Assembly (NCBI GenBank): GCA_001938485.1
Contig: MQRK01217099.1
Location: forward strand, 7,127 to 71,126
From: Girardia tigrina
Taxonomy: Eukaryota
DNA length: 64,000 nt
Reading direction: 5' to 3'
Part shown: piece after piece, positions 26,401 through 40,100 of the stretch
Position numbering within the stretch: position 1 is the stretch's first letter
Layout: every line of letters begins with the position of its first letter
Notes under the pieces: model-generated
What the model was told of the DNA's origin: nothing
What the model saw: the letters and a program-made list of their open reading frames with translations, nothing else
The model's database searches: none
Made by a program: the position numbers and the translations under genes

Positions 26401-28823
26401 TAATTGGAATCAAAATATAATTGTAAAACCATTATATTTTGATTTAAATGAAACTGCGGTTTTAATTTTATTTTGGAAAACGTAATTATTAATGGAAATA
26501 TTATTTTATTTTTTATGTAAAAAATGGGTAATTTAAAAAATTAAAAAGTGAACGCCATTTTTCACAATTTATTTTCGTAATTAATTTCGGCGGATTACCC
26601 GCCATCTTCAGACTAAATTAACACTTGCTTTTTGCAGCTTATATATGAGAAAGGTGATNNNNNNNNNNNNNNNNNNNNNNNNNNNNNNNNNNNNNNNNNN
26701 NNNNNNNNNNNNNNNNNNNNNNNNNNNNNNNNNNNNNNNNNNNNNNNNNNNNNNNNNNNNNNNNNNNNNNNNNNNNNNNNNNNNNNNNNNNTCTCCAATG
26801 TATGTGGCGTTACACCCATTACATGTATATTTATAAACAAGATCGGAGCACAAACCGAGAGGAGTGGGAGATTTATTACTGAACATATCACGAATTTTAT
26901 ATGATTTAAATTCCTTAGTTAATTTAAAAAATGTTAAATTAAACGAAATTGCGATTTTAAATTATATTTTCAAAATATTATTAAATCCAAAGTAATTTTT
27001 AAATTTATTATGAAAACGAAATGAAAAATACTAATGTATAGAATTGGGAAATTTAATTGAGAAACAGGTAAATTTCAAAGTGCAATAAAATTGAAATTAA
27101 ATAAAAGACGAAACAAAATCTTTGTGACAAAATTTTAATTCACTTTATAATTTTTTTAAAAAAAAAGTATAGAATTTTAATTCGAAAAGAATACGATAAC
27201 CATATTTATATTTATATCAATTCTTATTTATAATGGTCTGTGTAAAAAGAAAGTGCAAATGTTCCTAGGAAATATTTGTTTAAAAAAACTCAAATTATGG
27301 TAGAAATAAAGTTTTGTGTTCATGACAACGTCTTTTGATCAAGAACCCAATAGCAGTGATCGCAGCTTGCCTTTTAATCCGATTCATTGACTGAAATAAA
27401 TAAAATACAATGCAAGTAAATGAAAAGTTACAAATTGTGAATAAGGTAAGATAGCCGTATTTTGAATAGGGCTCAAATTTTGAACGATTAAAATACCTGA
27501 GTCCTGAAGATGAGTAATGCTTGGTGACTTGATTACCTAATCCTGATTGAAGATAATCAGCGCCTTATTGCAGTTTCTTTAATAAATTACTGTAAATATT
27601 TGCATGAATGAATCTTATTAGTTATATATGTTTATAATGCATTAAATTATAACCAGGGGTCAGGGTGTGACCCCATGGAACCTAAGTGCGATATTTTTAT
27701 AAAAATAACTCTCTCATCATACAAATAAAATAAATTCGGCATTATCAGCCAGATTTATCTTCTTCTTTATGTCAAAAAAAATGTCACAGAAAACCAGAGC
27801 CAAGTAATATTCCATTTTTGGGCAATACCCCTTTTAAAATATCCCTGGGGGTCATACGCTGACCCCAGGGATCCTCTAAGGGTTAAATATATTTTAGTGC
27901 AGATCTTTTGTCTTCTAACAACCATAAAAAAATTTTCCGTCTGGGCAGCTGTATAATTTTAATAATAATAAATATTTATGATTTTTAATTTTTATAATTT
28001 TTTAGATATTTTTTCAAATGAGGAAAATCAACCAAAATGCAACAACCAAATTATTTAAATAAAATCTAAATTTTAAGAAAATAACTATTAAAAAAATGGA
28101 AGGGGATAGCGTACCCAAAATTTTACTGTGAATTTAAAATTCTGATAAAAGACATTTTGTCAAATCCAGAAAAAAACAATAAAAACATTGTGATAAATAA
28201 TATTTTATAAATTAAATATTGTTGAATAAATTTTTGTTTAATTATATTTTCGTATATTTAAAGTTTAAAAACTCTTATAAATTCACTAGTAAATAACCCG
28301 TCATGTATGACGGATATAATTATATAGTTATATAATTATATAATTACAATTGTAAGTAGATAATTATATTAATAATAATTCATATGGAAAATTATCATGA
28401 ATAATTCTGCTAATAATAATTTTCCATATGAATTATTATTAATATAAATATCTACTTACAATTGTAAGTACATAATATGAGCGTTAGTGAAGCAGTGAGT
28501 GACTTGGGCTTTTATAATATAATAATATAATTGCTGATGTAGGAAATACATCAAAACATGTTTTCAGATCATATTTTCAAAAAACTTTATTTTTCGTTTC
28601 AATTATAGTAAGAATAACATTTTTTATTACTTTCTATACTAAAACAAAACTTTTTGATAATTTCAATAATATAACTTTCATAACATACCACGAGTGTTCA
28701 GCATTGAATCCTGCCTACAAAGAAATGATTTTAATTAATATTAATTCATTTACACTATATAAACTTGTCAATAGTAATTTTAGTCTTTAAGTTTAATAAA
28801 ATTAGAATAATGTTTTTGCATAA

Positions 28824-28872
<49 letters not shown>

Positions 28873-31149
28873 TATGTAAGTTTTCAAAAGCTCGCGTTAA
28901 GAATAAAGACACGCAGAATTGCCATATATTCAAAATAAGAATTATTTAAAATTCTTATCTTATCATCATATTTAGATACTGATAATTTATTTTTATATAA
29001 AATGATAGTAATGAGTTATTACATTACAAATATGTTTTGACAATTTATATATTATTTACATATTAAAGGGTGTTTCAAAAAGATAATGGTTTTAAATTTA
29101 ACTATCTTATTTTACTTGAAGATTTTCATCACTGATCCTTTCATTTTCGTGATCTTTTATCACTCTAATAAGATAATTATTTATCGTTTTTCTATTTTGT
29201 AACCATTGAGCGCTTGCTCAAATGCTTGCTCAAGAAACGCATTCTTATTGAAAACTCAGGACAAAAGACAAAGGCATTCCATAAAATTCACGCGATTTTT
29301 AAATAGCGACAGTTTTCTTAATACAACTGGGGCACTTTTTATTGCATAATGAGAAAAAAACATGAAATATAGAGAATAAATTATTTCAATAGGAAGTTGT
29401 ACTTCCCTTAGCAGGTAAAAGTTCTTTCATGTGGCGAGACATGCTTTCAGACGCAGCAGAACAAAAGTTACGTACGGCTGAAGAGGAAAACCATACTTCC
29501 TGACATTTTTCCCACAGTGCCTCCTTGGGAACATTTCGTTTTCGAACCTCACGTTTCAACAGGTTCCAGACTGTCTCTATCGGATTCATGTCTGGGCTGT
29601 TTCCAGACCAAGAAGACTCGGATACTACATTGTTCTCCAAGTGTGATGGCGTTGTTCTTGAGATGTGACATAGAGCGTGGTCTTGTTAGAAGATCCACTC
29701 CTCAATGCCGTACCAGTTCTCTACCTGTGATAGAATACATGTGTCAATGATTTGACAGTATTGTTGGGATGCCATTGACCCTTCCACTCTGGGTAGACGT
29801 CTAGGTCAGCTGCTGGAGATGCATCCCCAGATCATAAATTCAAGGAGGAAATGCTTGCCGACTTTGCACATGGCCTTGTTTAGTCCGCTCTCCAGCACAT
29901 CTTCGAGAGAAGATGCTGTTCAGTGCACATGTTACTTTGCCCACTGAAGTCGTCGTAATTCATGAATATTCATGAATGGTCTTCATCCGAATATTAAATT
30001 TACCACAGAATTGGAAGTAGATAATAAACTTCCCTTTCTGGACATTCTTGTCACCAGGATGAATGGAGGCTATAAAACTGAANNNNNNNNNNNNNNNNNN
30101 NNNNNNNNNNNNNNNNNNNNNNNNNNNNNNNNNNNNNNNNNNNNNNNNNNNNNNNNNNNNNNNNNNNNNNNNNNNNNNNNNNNNNNNNNNNNNNNNNNNN
30201 NNNNNNNNNNNNNNNNNNNNNNNNNNNNNNNNNNNNNNNNNNNNNNNNNNNNNNNNNNNNNNNNNNNNNNNNNNNNNNNNNNNNNNNNNNNNNNNNNNNN
30301 NNNNNNNNNNNNNNNNNNNNNNNNNNNNNNNNNNNNNNNNNNNNNNNNNNNNNNNNNNNNNNNNNNNNNNNNNNNNNNNNNNNNNNNNNNNNNNNNNNNN
30401 NNNNNNNNNNNNNNNNNNNNNNNNNNNNNNNNNNNNNNNNNNNNNNNNNNNNNNNNNNNNNNNNNNNNNNNNNNNNNNNNNNNNNNNNNNNNNNNNNNNN
30501 NNNNNNNNNNNNNNNNNNNNNNNNNNNNNNNNNNNNNNNNNNNNNNNNNNNNNNNNNNNNNNNNNNNNNNNNNNNNNNNNNNNNNNNNNNNNNNNNNNNN
30601 NNNNNNNNNNNNNNNNNNNNNNNNNNNNNNNNNNNNNNNNNNNNNNNNNNNNNNNNNNNNNNNNNNNNNNNNNNNNNNNNNNNNNNNNNNNNNNNNNNNN
30701 NNNNNNNNNNNNNNNNNNNNNNNNNNNNNNNNNNNNNNNNNNNNNNNNNNNNNNNNNNNNNNNNNNNNNNNNNNNNNNNNNNNNNNNNNNNNNNNNNNNN
30801 NNNNNNNNNNNNNNNNNNNNNNNNNNNNNNNNNNNNNNNNNNNNNNNNNNNNNNNNNNNNNNNNNNNNNNNNNNNNNNNNNNNNNNNNNNNNNNNNNNNN
30901 NNNNNNNNNNNNNNNNNNNNNNNNNNNNNNNNNNNNNNNNNNNNNNNNNNNNNNNNNNNNNNNNNNNNNNNNNNNNNNNNNNNNNNNNNNNNNNNNNNNN
31001 NNNNNNNNNNNNNNNNNNNNNNNNNNNNNNNNNNNATAGAAAATTGCTGATGATGATTTTTTTAAAAATCGAAACGTGTCCAATAGTTGTATTAAAAAAG
31101 CTTTGATCAAATTATATTTTCGAAATACTAAACTTGCGTTCACAAGACT

Positions 31150-31189
<40 letters not shown>

Positions 31190-34100
31190 TTCATATTATA
31201 AACTTTTTTGATGAAAAATAAACGCAAACTTACTCTGCCATTTTTAAATACAATGATATTAAAAGACTTATCAAACCATCGATCATATCCTTTACCATGT
31301 ATTAAGGAGTGAGCTATTTCATCAAGTTGTTTTTCGTCAGTCGGTAAGAAGTTTCCATCTGTTTCATCGAGTACCAATATGAAAGCAGCCTAAATAATAC
31401 ATAGTATTTTGAAATGTCGCGTCTAATTTAAAGCTCTATAACTTAGCAAATAAATTATTTAACGTCTTTCAGTAAGTCAGATATATTAAGTCAAATATTT
31501 TCATTATTTATTGATTAATTTGAACCGATGGATTCATTAAAGAAAATGTTAAATTTTCATTTAAGATAGTTATCATGTAATATTATCACAAAATTTGTTG
31601 AAAGAGTTGATTGTATAAAGCTATATAAAGTATACTTTTCATCAATGCGAAAACACAAGGCACTGTTGATTTATCTGTAATGAGTGAATGGAATGTATAT
31701 AATTGTGAATAGCCAGCAGGTTCTACTCTAAAACACCATCACCAAAAACTTGAGAAGATGCCGCAAGAATCAAAAAAGCTATGTCACTTGAAAAATTAAT
31801 AATTCAACATTTTCTAATAATAAAAAACGAAGTCCATTAACTGTTTGTTGATAACGGTTAGGAACCACTGATGTGTTGTGAGGTCCATCATCGTTATAGT
31901 TCTTGATATTCCTTAATAGAGTAAGAGCTAATAAAAATGCAATTCCAGCTTGTAAATCCAAGTATAAACTATATAATCGTAATGTTTTTTTTCTAAAGTA
32001 AGAAATTATGATTCAACTACTCAAAAATTGGTTATTTGAAAAATATTGCTACTAATTCAACACTAAATTTTCTTGCTGTATTTTGATGCAACAAATGTTA
32101 TGGAATTAGACTTTAATATGTTTACTTATATTTTGTAGTTTTAATATTTTTTTAGAAATTGTGTTCTTATGTTTTAAATTTCAATGTTTATAATTGTGAG
32201 TTTTACATAAAAAATTAATTTTTTTTATTAATAAATATAAAACAAAATGATTTTCGACAAAATGAATTCGACGATATGATACGGAACCATGAAATCACGA
32301 TTTCAAGAATCAAGAAGTAATTTTTGATCAATTAAAATAGGAGGATACCACAAAGCAATTATTCAAATTGTTTTTCAAATCAAATTTTAATTGAATAACT
32401 TAATTTCACAATTTCTCGAAAAAGAAAACATTTAATGAATACAAATTTTCAAATATCTCATCGAAGAAAATCGTTGAAAAATTTTTATTGATTCACTTTT
32501 GAGTTTCATTTAAAAATAAATTACCGTAATTTCCGCACTATAAGACCGTATTATAAGCCGCACACTAAATATAAGGATTTTAAGCCCATTTTAAATAAAT
32601 CAGTTCAAAGGAAATAAACTAATAACACTAAATAATATATTCACCAAAATATTTTATTAGTTTTCTAAGAAAGCATTTAAATTTTCATGATACTCAGAAT
32701 TGCTATCAGTTACTATATCTGAATCCACAGCTTGATTTTTGGTCTCAATTACACCTTGTACGCCAGAACTATTAATAATGCCTGCCTTAATGAAACCGTT
32801 AATGATTGTTGATGTTGGAATAGTGTTCCAACTTTCAAGAATCCATTTAGTTATAGTAACAAAGTCAACTGTTCGCTGTCTACCTGTTTTAGTAAAAGTA
32901 TGATCTCCGGACATCCTCCACTCTTCCCAAGTGTTTCTTAATTTGGCTTTAAATGATTTATTGACTGAGATATCTAGAGGTTGAACAATCTTAGTCAATC
33001 TGCCAGGGATAACCGATAAGACAGTATTGGCACATCTCAGTAATGACATTACAGCTTCGGTAAGATGTACACGCATTGAATCACAGATAAGCATTGATGA
33101 TGATGTGTGGAGGAACCCACCTGGTCTCTTAATAAAAACTTCACCAACCCATGCTTGCATTAATTTTTCGTACATCCATCCTTTTTCATTTGCCTTTACT
33201 ACAACTCCATCAGGAAATTTACCTTTAGGCAACGTTTTCCTTTTAAAAATTACCATTGGTGGTAACTTTAATCCACTCGAAGAACAAGCTAAAACAACAG
33301 TACAGGATGTTTTTTCGTTTCCCGTTGTCATAATTGGAACTGATTTAGCACCAACCTGTTCAATGGTGTGATTAGCTGGCATATCAACAGGGATAGATCC
33401 AGATTGAAAATGTTATCATGATGTATATTCTTCTATGTAATTTTTGTTTGACAAAACTCACGGAATATGCTGGCCTTTTCTTCAAATTCTGCAGGAAGGC
33501 GTTGGGCTAATGTCGTTTTGCACCGAATTGAAAGATTATTTCGTTTCATGAATCTGGTGCACCAAGATTGTCCTCCTGAGAAATTCTTAATTCCCAATTC
33601 TTTAGCTAGTGTCTTGGCTTTGAGCCGTATAGAGACCGTTGAAATGCTTCTACCAACTGATCTCATTTCATAGACTCAATTCTTAAGATCATCTTCAAGA
33701 TGTGCCCATCTTGGAGTGTTTCCACGAAAGCTCTTACGAGATTTTTTAACTTGTCTCAACTCATCTTCTTGCTTTCTCCATCTTCTGATCATTGACTCAT
33801 TGACATTGAGTTCTAATGCAGCTTTACGATTTCCATTTGATTGAGCTAATATACCTCTTAATTTCCACTCTGATGTATATGAAGATCGGATCATGGCTAA
33901 AATTGAAATAATTTATTATAAAGTAAACTAACCGTAAAATAAAAATATACCGTAAAAAATTTTGAATTATGACTTGTTTAAAGAATATTTAAACAAATAT
34001 TTAAATTAATTTAAAATATTTTTTGAGCACTTAAAACATTAACGTATAAGCCGTAACTCTTAAATTATGACTCATTTCAGGTTTTTAAGTGCGGCTTATA

Positions 34101-37100
34101 GTCCATAATTTACGGTGGCTAAAATTTAATTTGAAAAGAAATTGTTATTTAAAAAAATTATTTCTATTATATAAATAAAAGAAAAATTATAATGAAAATT
34201 AATTTATAACTAGTAAATCAAAAAAAATTTAAATCCATTCTTAGTCGGCAGAACTCTACCTACCCAGGAGAATTTTTTAAAGTTTTATTGTTTATTTTGA
34301 TATATTTTGATTAAAATTTCTATACTTAAGTTAACTAAATTTATATTTTCAATTCCTTGTATATTTTACAATTAACTAGAGGTGTATGTGTTTTCTTATT
34401 TTTTTTCTCATATGAAGGTGTGAAGCATTCTCATCATTTCAAGGTAACGATTTTTTTCAAATTTTATTATTTTTATTACATTATTGTTTAATTTAAAGAA
34501 ACTTGGATTAACAAAATATTTTCAAAAAGCACAATAAAAAATTAAAAAATTCTATTGACCAAGTAGAGTTCTGCCCACATAAAGCATGGATATAAAAATG
34601 ATTTTTGATTTACTAGTTAGGCTTTAAATTGGTTTACTGGACTTTATTTTTCAATTTATTTTTTGTATCATATAAACTACTTATCATTTATAGGCAGATC
34701 TTTTTATTCTAATACTGTTTAGGAACTCCAATTTGACCATTTTGATTCAATTCTGAGACCTAAAAAAGTTTTTTTTGATCAAATTTTCACATTATTATTT
34801 ATTTTCACCCTATTGAGTTCTTGATCAAAAGATGTTGTCATTAATACAAAACTTTATTTCTACCACAATTTGAGTTTTTTTAAACAAATATTCCCGAGGA
34901 ATATTTGCACTTTCTTTTTACACAGACCATTATAAATAAGAATTGATATAAATATAAATATATTTATTGTATTTTTTTACGAATTATATATATATATANN
35001 NNNNNNNNNNNNNNNNNNNNNNNNNNNNNNNNNNNNNNNNNNNNNNNNATATATATATATATATATATATATATTACGAATTAAAATTCTATACTTTTTT
35101 TTAATAAAAAAATATAAAGTGAATTAAAATTTTGTCACAAAGATTTTGTTGCGTCTTTTCTTAAATTACAATTTTATTGTACCTTTAAATTTACCTGTTT
35201 CTCAATTAAATTTCCCAATTATATACAATAGCATTTTTCATTTCGTTTTCATAATAGTTTTAAAAATTACTTTGGATTTAATAAAATAATATTTTGAAAA
35301 TATAATTTAAAATCGCAATTTCGTTTAATTTTAACAACTTTTAAATTACCCCTTTTTACATAAAAAATAAAATAATATTTCCATTAATAATTACGTTTTC
35401 CAAAATAAAATTAAAATCGCATTTTCATTTAAGTCGATTTACTTGTTTTACAATTATATTTTGATTCCAATTAAAATTTCCAAAAAAAAATTATAATTAC
35501 ATTTTTAATTTACTTCGATTTAATCCTGTAAAATGAAGTTACAAAAAATAGTTTCATTTAGAAAATAAAATATTAAACTTTATTTTACTTTTGATTTTAT
35601 TTCAATTAAATATTTTCATCAAATTTGAAGTTTACTTTTTTACTTTATAATAAATCTTTGCATAAATCTTTTAATAAACCTACCGTAAAATTTATTTTAT
35701 TTTCTAACATAAATTAATTTTTACATTAAATTTCTGAAACTCTTATTTTAACATATCTATAACAATATTTTACGGGATGTAATTGTTTAATTATTTATTT
35801 GATAAGATTGTAAATTCAAAAATTTTATGAACTCAATAACGCTCCCAAAACACCAAAAATGAGTAAGTGTGCGAATTTTGGAGAAAATTGCTTGCGTATA
35901 AAGTCTTCAAAAATAGGTTTCTAAATTACATGGGTATATATATATATATATATACAGGGTGCCCATAAAGTCACTTGACATGTTTGAAATCTTTTTTTGA
36001 AAAATCTGTGAATGCTAGCAAAGCAATTTATTAATAATATACATCGATAGGTACTACCAAATTATGTAATATAAAAATTTTAACTTTTTATAAAATATTT
36101 TGTAAGTAGTATTTCGTAATTAAATTATTTAAAAATTTCGAAAATTGTAACAAAATTTGTAGAGCCAAACTTAATCGAAAATTCGTACATTAATTGAAGC
36201 AAAATAAAATGTTTACATAATTTGTTTGTCTGAACCAAATNNNNNNNNNNNNNNNNNNNNNNNNNNNNNNNNNNNNNNNNNNNNNNNNNNNNNNNNNNNN
36301 NNNNNNNNNNNNNNNNNNNNNNNNNNNNNNNNNNNNNNNNNNNNNNNNNNNNNNNNNNNNNNNNNNNNNNNNNNNNNNNNNNNNNNNNNNNNNNNNNNNN
36401 TTCAACTATATTATGCAAACAACAAGTCAATTACTGCAACGATCCGCTTATACAGATTGCAGTATGGAATTCAAAACATTTGCTCAAGACAAGGGTTGAC
36501 GAATTTGATTCACAAATTTGAAAACAACAGGATCAGTTAAAGATGCTGACAGGAGTGGTCGTCCAAGCGTTTCGAAAGAAACGCTAGCTGAGGTGAATGA
36601 AGCAACAACCAGAATCCAAGAATTAGATGCTCAAGGTACCTCAAGCACAAGAATCATTGCCAGAGATTTGAATCTTTCAAAGTCAACAATTTGGAATGTT
36701 CTTCGCACAAAATTAAAACACCATCCATACAAAATNNNNNNNNNNNNNNNNNNNNNNNNNNNNNNNNNNNNNNNNNNNNNNNNNNNNNNNNNNNNNNNNN
36801 NNNNNNNNNNNNNNNNNNNNNNNNNNNNNNNNNNNNNNNNNNNNNNNNNNNNNNNNNNNNNNNNNNNNNNNNNNTGGCCATGTTAATACCAAAAACTGTG
36901 TGGTATGGGCTGATCAGAATCCTCACCGACTTCATTCACGACCCTTATTTTCTCCTAGAATTACCGTTTGGTGTGGTTTCACAAGTAATTTCATGCTTGG
37001 TCCTTACTTTTTTGAAGAACGTGCTAATGGGACTGTTCACACTGTTACTGTTACTGGTGCTAGGTACCTGGACCTTTTACAAACATTCATCATTCCTCAA

Positions 37101-40100
37101 CTCCAACAGTTGCAAGTCCTGCAAGAAACTACATTTCAACATGGGGCACCCCCACATAATACAATCGCGGTTCGCAGATTTCTCGCAGAACACTTTGGGA
37201 ATCGGATCATTTCACGAAATTTTGACTTTCCATGGCCAGCTAGATCACCAGACTTAAATCCTTNNNNNNNNNNNNNNNNGGGGTTCCTGAAAAGTAAGGT
37301 CTACGCACCTGCTCCTGCAACACTTAATGAACTCAAAGAGCGTATCACTGACTGCATTGCTCATATTAACATTGACATCCTTCGAAATGTTGTGGGTAAT
37401 TTTGATGATAGAGTGATATTATGTGAAGCTCGTGGTGGTTCACATTTTGAAAATTATATGTAGCATTTTTAATTAAAACTGGATATTTTTTATTACATAA
37501 TTTGGTAGTACCTATCGATGTATTTTATTAATAAATTGCTTTGCTAGCATTCACAGATTTTTCAAAAAAAGATTTCAAACATGTCAAGTGACTTTATGGG
37601 CACCCTGTATATATATATAGATAGATAGCAAGCTAATAAAAACAATAGATAAATTGTTTTTGTTAAATAAAAAAATAAAATGAATTGGTTTTAAAAAATA
37701 TTATTGATATTTTAATAAAAAATGGAAAAGATGGTCCAAGAAGAGCGTCGAATTACAATGAAAATGCTGTCAACGAGGCTCAACATCAATTTCGATACAT
37801 CCCAAGCCAAATTGAAACCCATGGGTATCAAAAAACTGTGCTCCAGATTCGTACCCAGTTTTTTGACTGGAGAAATGCAAACCGCTTGGATTGCATTCAT
37901 AATAACTTGAACTTGTGACACAAGCATGGTGAGACTTTCCAGGCAAATTTATTATAGAGAATGAAATCTAACTCAGTATGAATTGACCGAAAACAAAGCA
38001 CAAGTATGAAAAGTTCAAACTGCCTCAAGAGAAGCCATCTTTGAAGATGCGAACAGGGACAAGTCATGAATAAGCGGTGATGCTTTCCGTTTTCTTGAAT
38101 CGTAAAGGTGTTTTTCTCATAGATTTCACGGATTAAGGTATCTCTGTCAACGCTGCATATTACAGTCAACTTGTGGCAACCGGCAGAAAGAATAGACAGA
38201 AGCAGAATAACTCTCTACTATGATTTCTTCACCAAAATGCACTAGTACACAAAGTTGGCATTTCTCCGGTCATAATTGCTGGACTACTCCTAGTGGATCA
38301 TCCACTGTACGGCTCAGATTTTAACTCTTAAGAGACCTAAAGAAGCATTTGAAAGGCATTTAGTTTGAATTCAAAAACGATTTGAAGGTTGCCATAAAAG
38401 ATATTTTGGCAGAATGCGTTCCAGAATTTTTTAAAACGCATTTTATGAGTTGATTATTCGTGGACTGAAGGGTGTGGATCGAAATGACATTACGTTAAAA
38501 AATAACGCCTAAATATGTAAAGCTTGTTGTGTTTAAAAATGGCCCTTTATGGAATTCGTTTTCTTCGTTAGGCCGGGTACTAATTGAACGCACCACGTAT
38601 ATTTAAATATCAATATAGATACAAATAACGTGTAATAAAACATTACAATACCAATAGAAATAAAATAGGTAATTATTAGTTAATAATTTGTAATAATAAA
38701 TTAATTAATACAAGAATTTAAAATAAAAAGTTTGAGTAATACCTACAGATTCAATGCAATCCAATGAATATTTATTAAGTCCAGAGCTAAAATATTTTTC
38801 TCGAGTCAGAGCCCAGTGATTTCTTTCACCAGCAGTTAAAACAGGAAGATATTTCTCATTGGAATCGGCTCTCTCCGTGTTTTGAAGAATTGATATAATA
38901 ATTCTAAAATAAATATGTATATAGATGGAGTATTGTTTTACTGTATTAATGCAGTTTATAATTTGTTTTGATTGAAAGAATTTTTCGTAATTTGAGTGTT
39001 GTTGATACAGTAGAACCTCCATTGTCACACTCAGGGTACTCACTCAAAACTGTGACTATATGGAGAGTGATTTTATAGAGTTTATCCAAAAATTTTCTAT
39101 ATGACCTTTTCGAACCATTTAATAACTATAGTAAACTTACTACTTATATTAGATTACGTCATAAGTTCATGCGTTTTTTATAATAAAATAATGAACGATA
39201 TAGAATAATCAAAAAAGTTAGAAATTATTCAAAAGTCTTATATTTGCTGAATTTTATCATTTAAAATTTATGGAAATACAGTGGAATGCGCGTTCGAACA
39301 AGTTTCTTTTCCACCACGGAATCAATTAAGTAAGCCATCTGCCTTAGTGCTTCTTGATCATTTTCACCAAGAACACAATTTTTCTCCAAAAAGCAGCGAA
39401 GCTTCTCAAATTGGTTATAAGTTTCAGCAGTATTTTTATAGGTGTCTCCATTTCATAAGGATCCTCTGAATTACTTTTATTTGATTCCCTCAACCACTGC
39501 AGTGAAGAGACCTAAAGATAAATATAAAAATGTGATAGTTTATTGAAATTTAGAATGCAAAATTTTATTTGATCCACCAACTGATTTTACCTCTTATTTT
39601 TGTAATCACAAGAGCACAGCCTCATCAACATTTTTGTACTTCACAGATCACATACGCTTTCTACTAATGTTTTATTTCTACTACTTCCACTTTTGCTAAA
39701 ATAGTATCCTTCTTTTTCACGATTTTTAAAATGGTTGATTTATTCACATCATATTGTTGTGCTACAGCGCTGGGCTTTAATCCCTCCACAGTACATTTGC
39801 AAATGATGTCTCCTTTACTTTCTAAAAATATCGACTTGCATTTTGTTGCCATTGTACGTCAGTAAAATAATCAATCTAATTAATCTATTAATCTAAATTT
39901 TTTTAAATTTTATATTATTTTTTATATTAAAATTAATACATTGGAAAGAATATTTTACATAAAATTCACTTGAATCCAAAAATTTCTGTGACTGCATGAA
40001 GGGGGATTTTGTCGATTGGACCATAATTATTCATTGACTATATAGAGGTTGTGACTGTACAGAGTGTGACTATTAGGATGTTTTTAATATATTTAAAACA

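Larger units (their letters stand above)
26085..27358 (+). repeat. ~1 kb AT-rich interspersed repeat, copy 1 (inverted relative to 34806-35773)
   Basis: Colinear reverse-complement match along its length; this copy carries a Penelope insertion. Confidence 0.85.

Noticed and set aside
28530-28570. Hammerhead-like relic near the microexon (ctgatgtagg...aaaacatgtt)
   Set aside because: Core CUGAUGA and GAAA are both mutated, and it is antisense to CPT1; not called as a ribozyme.
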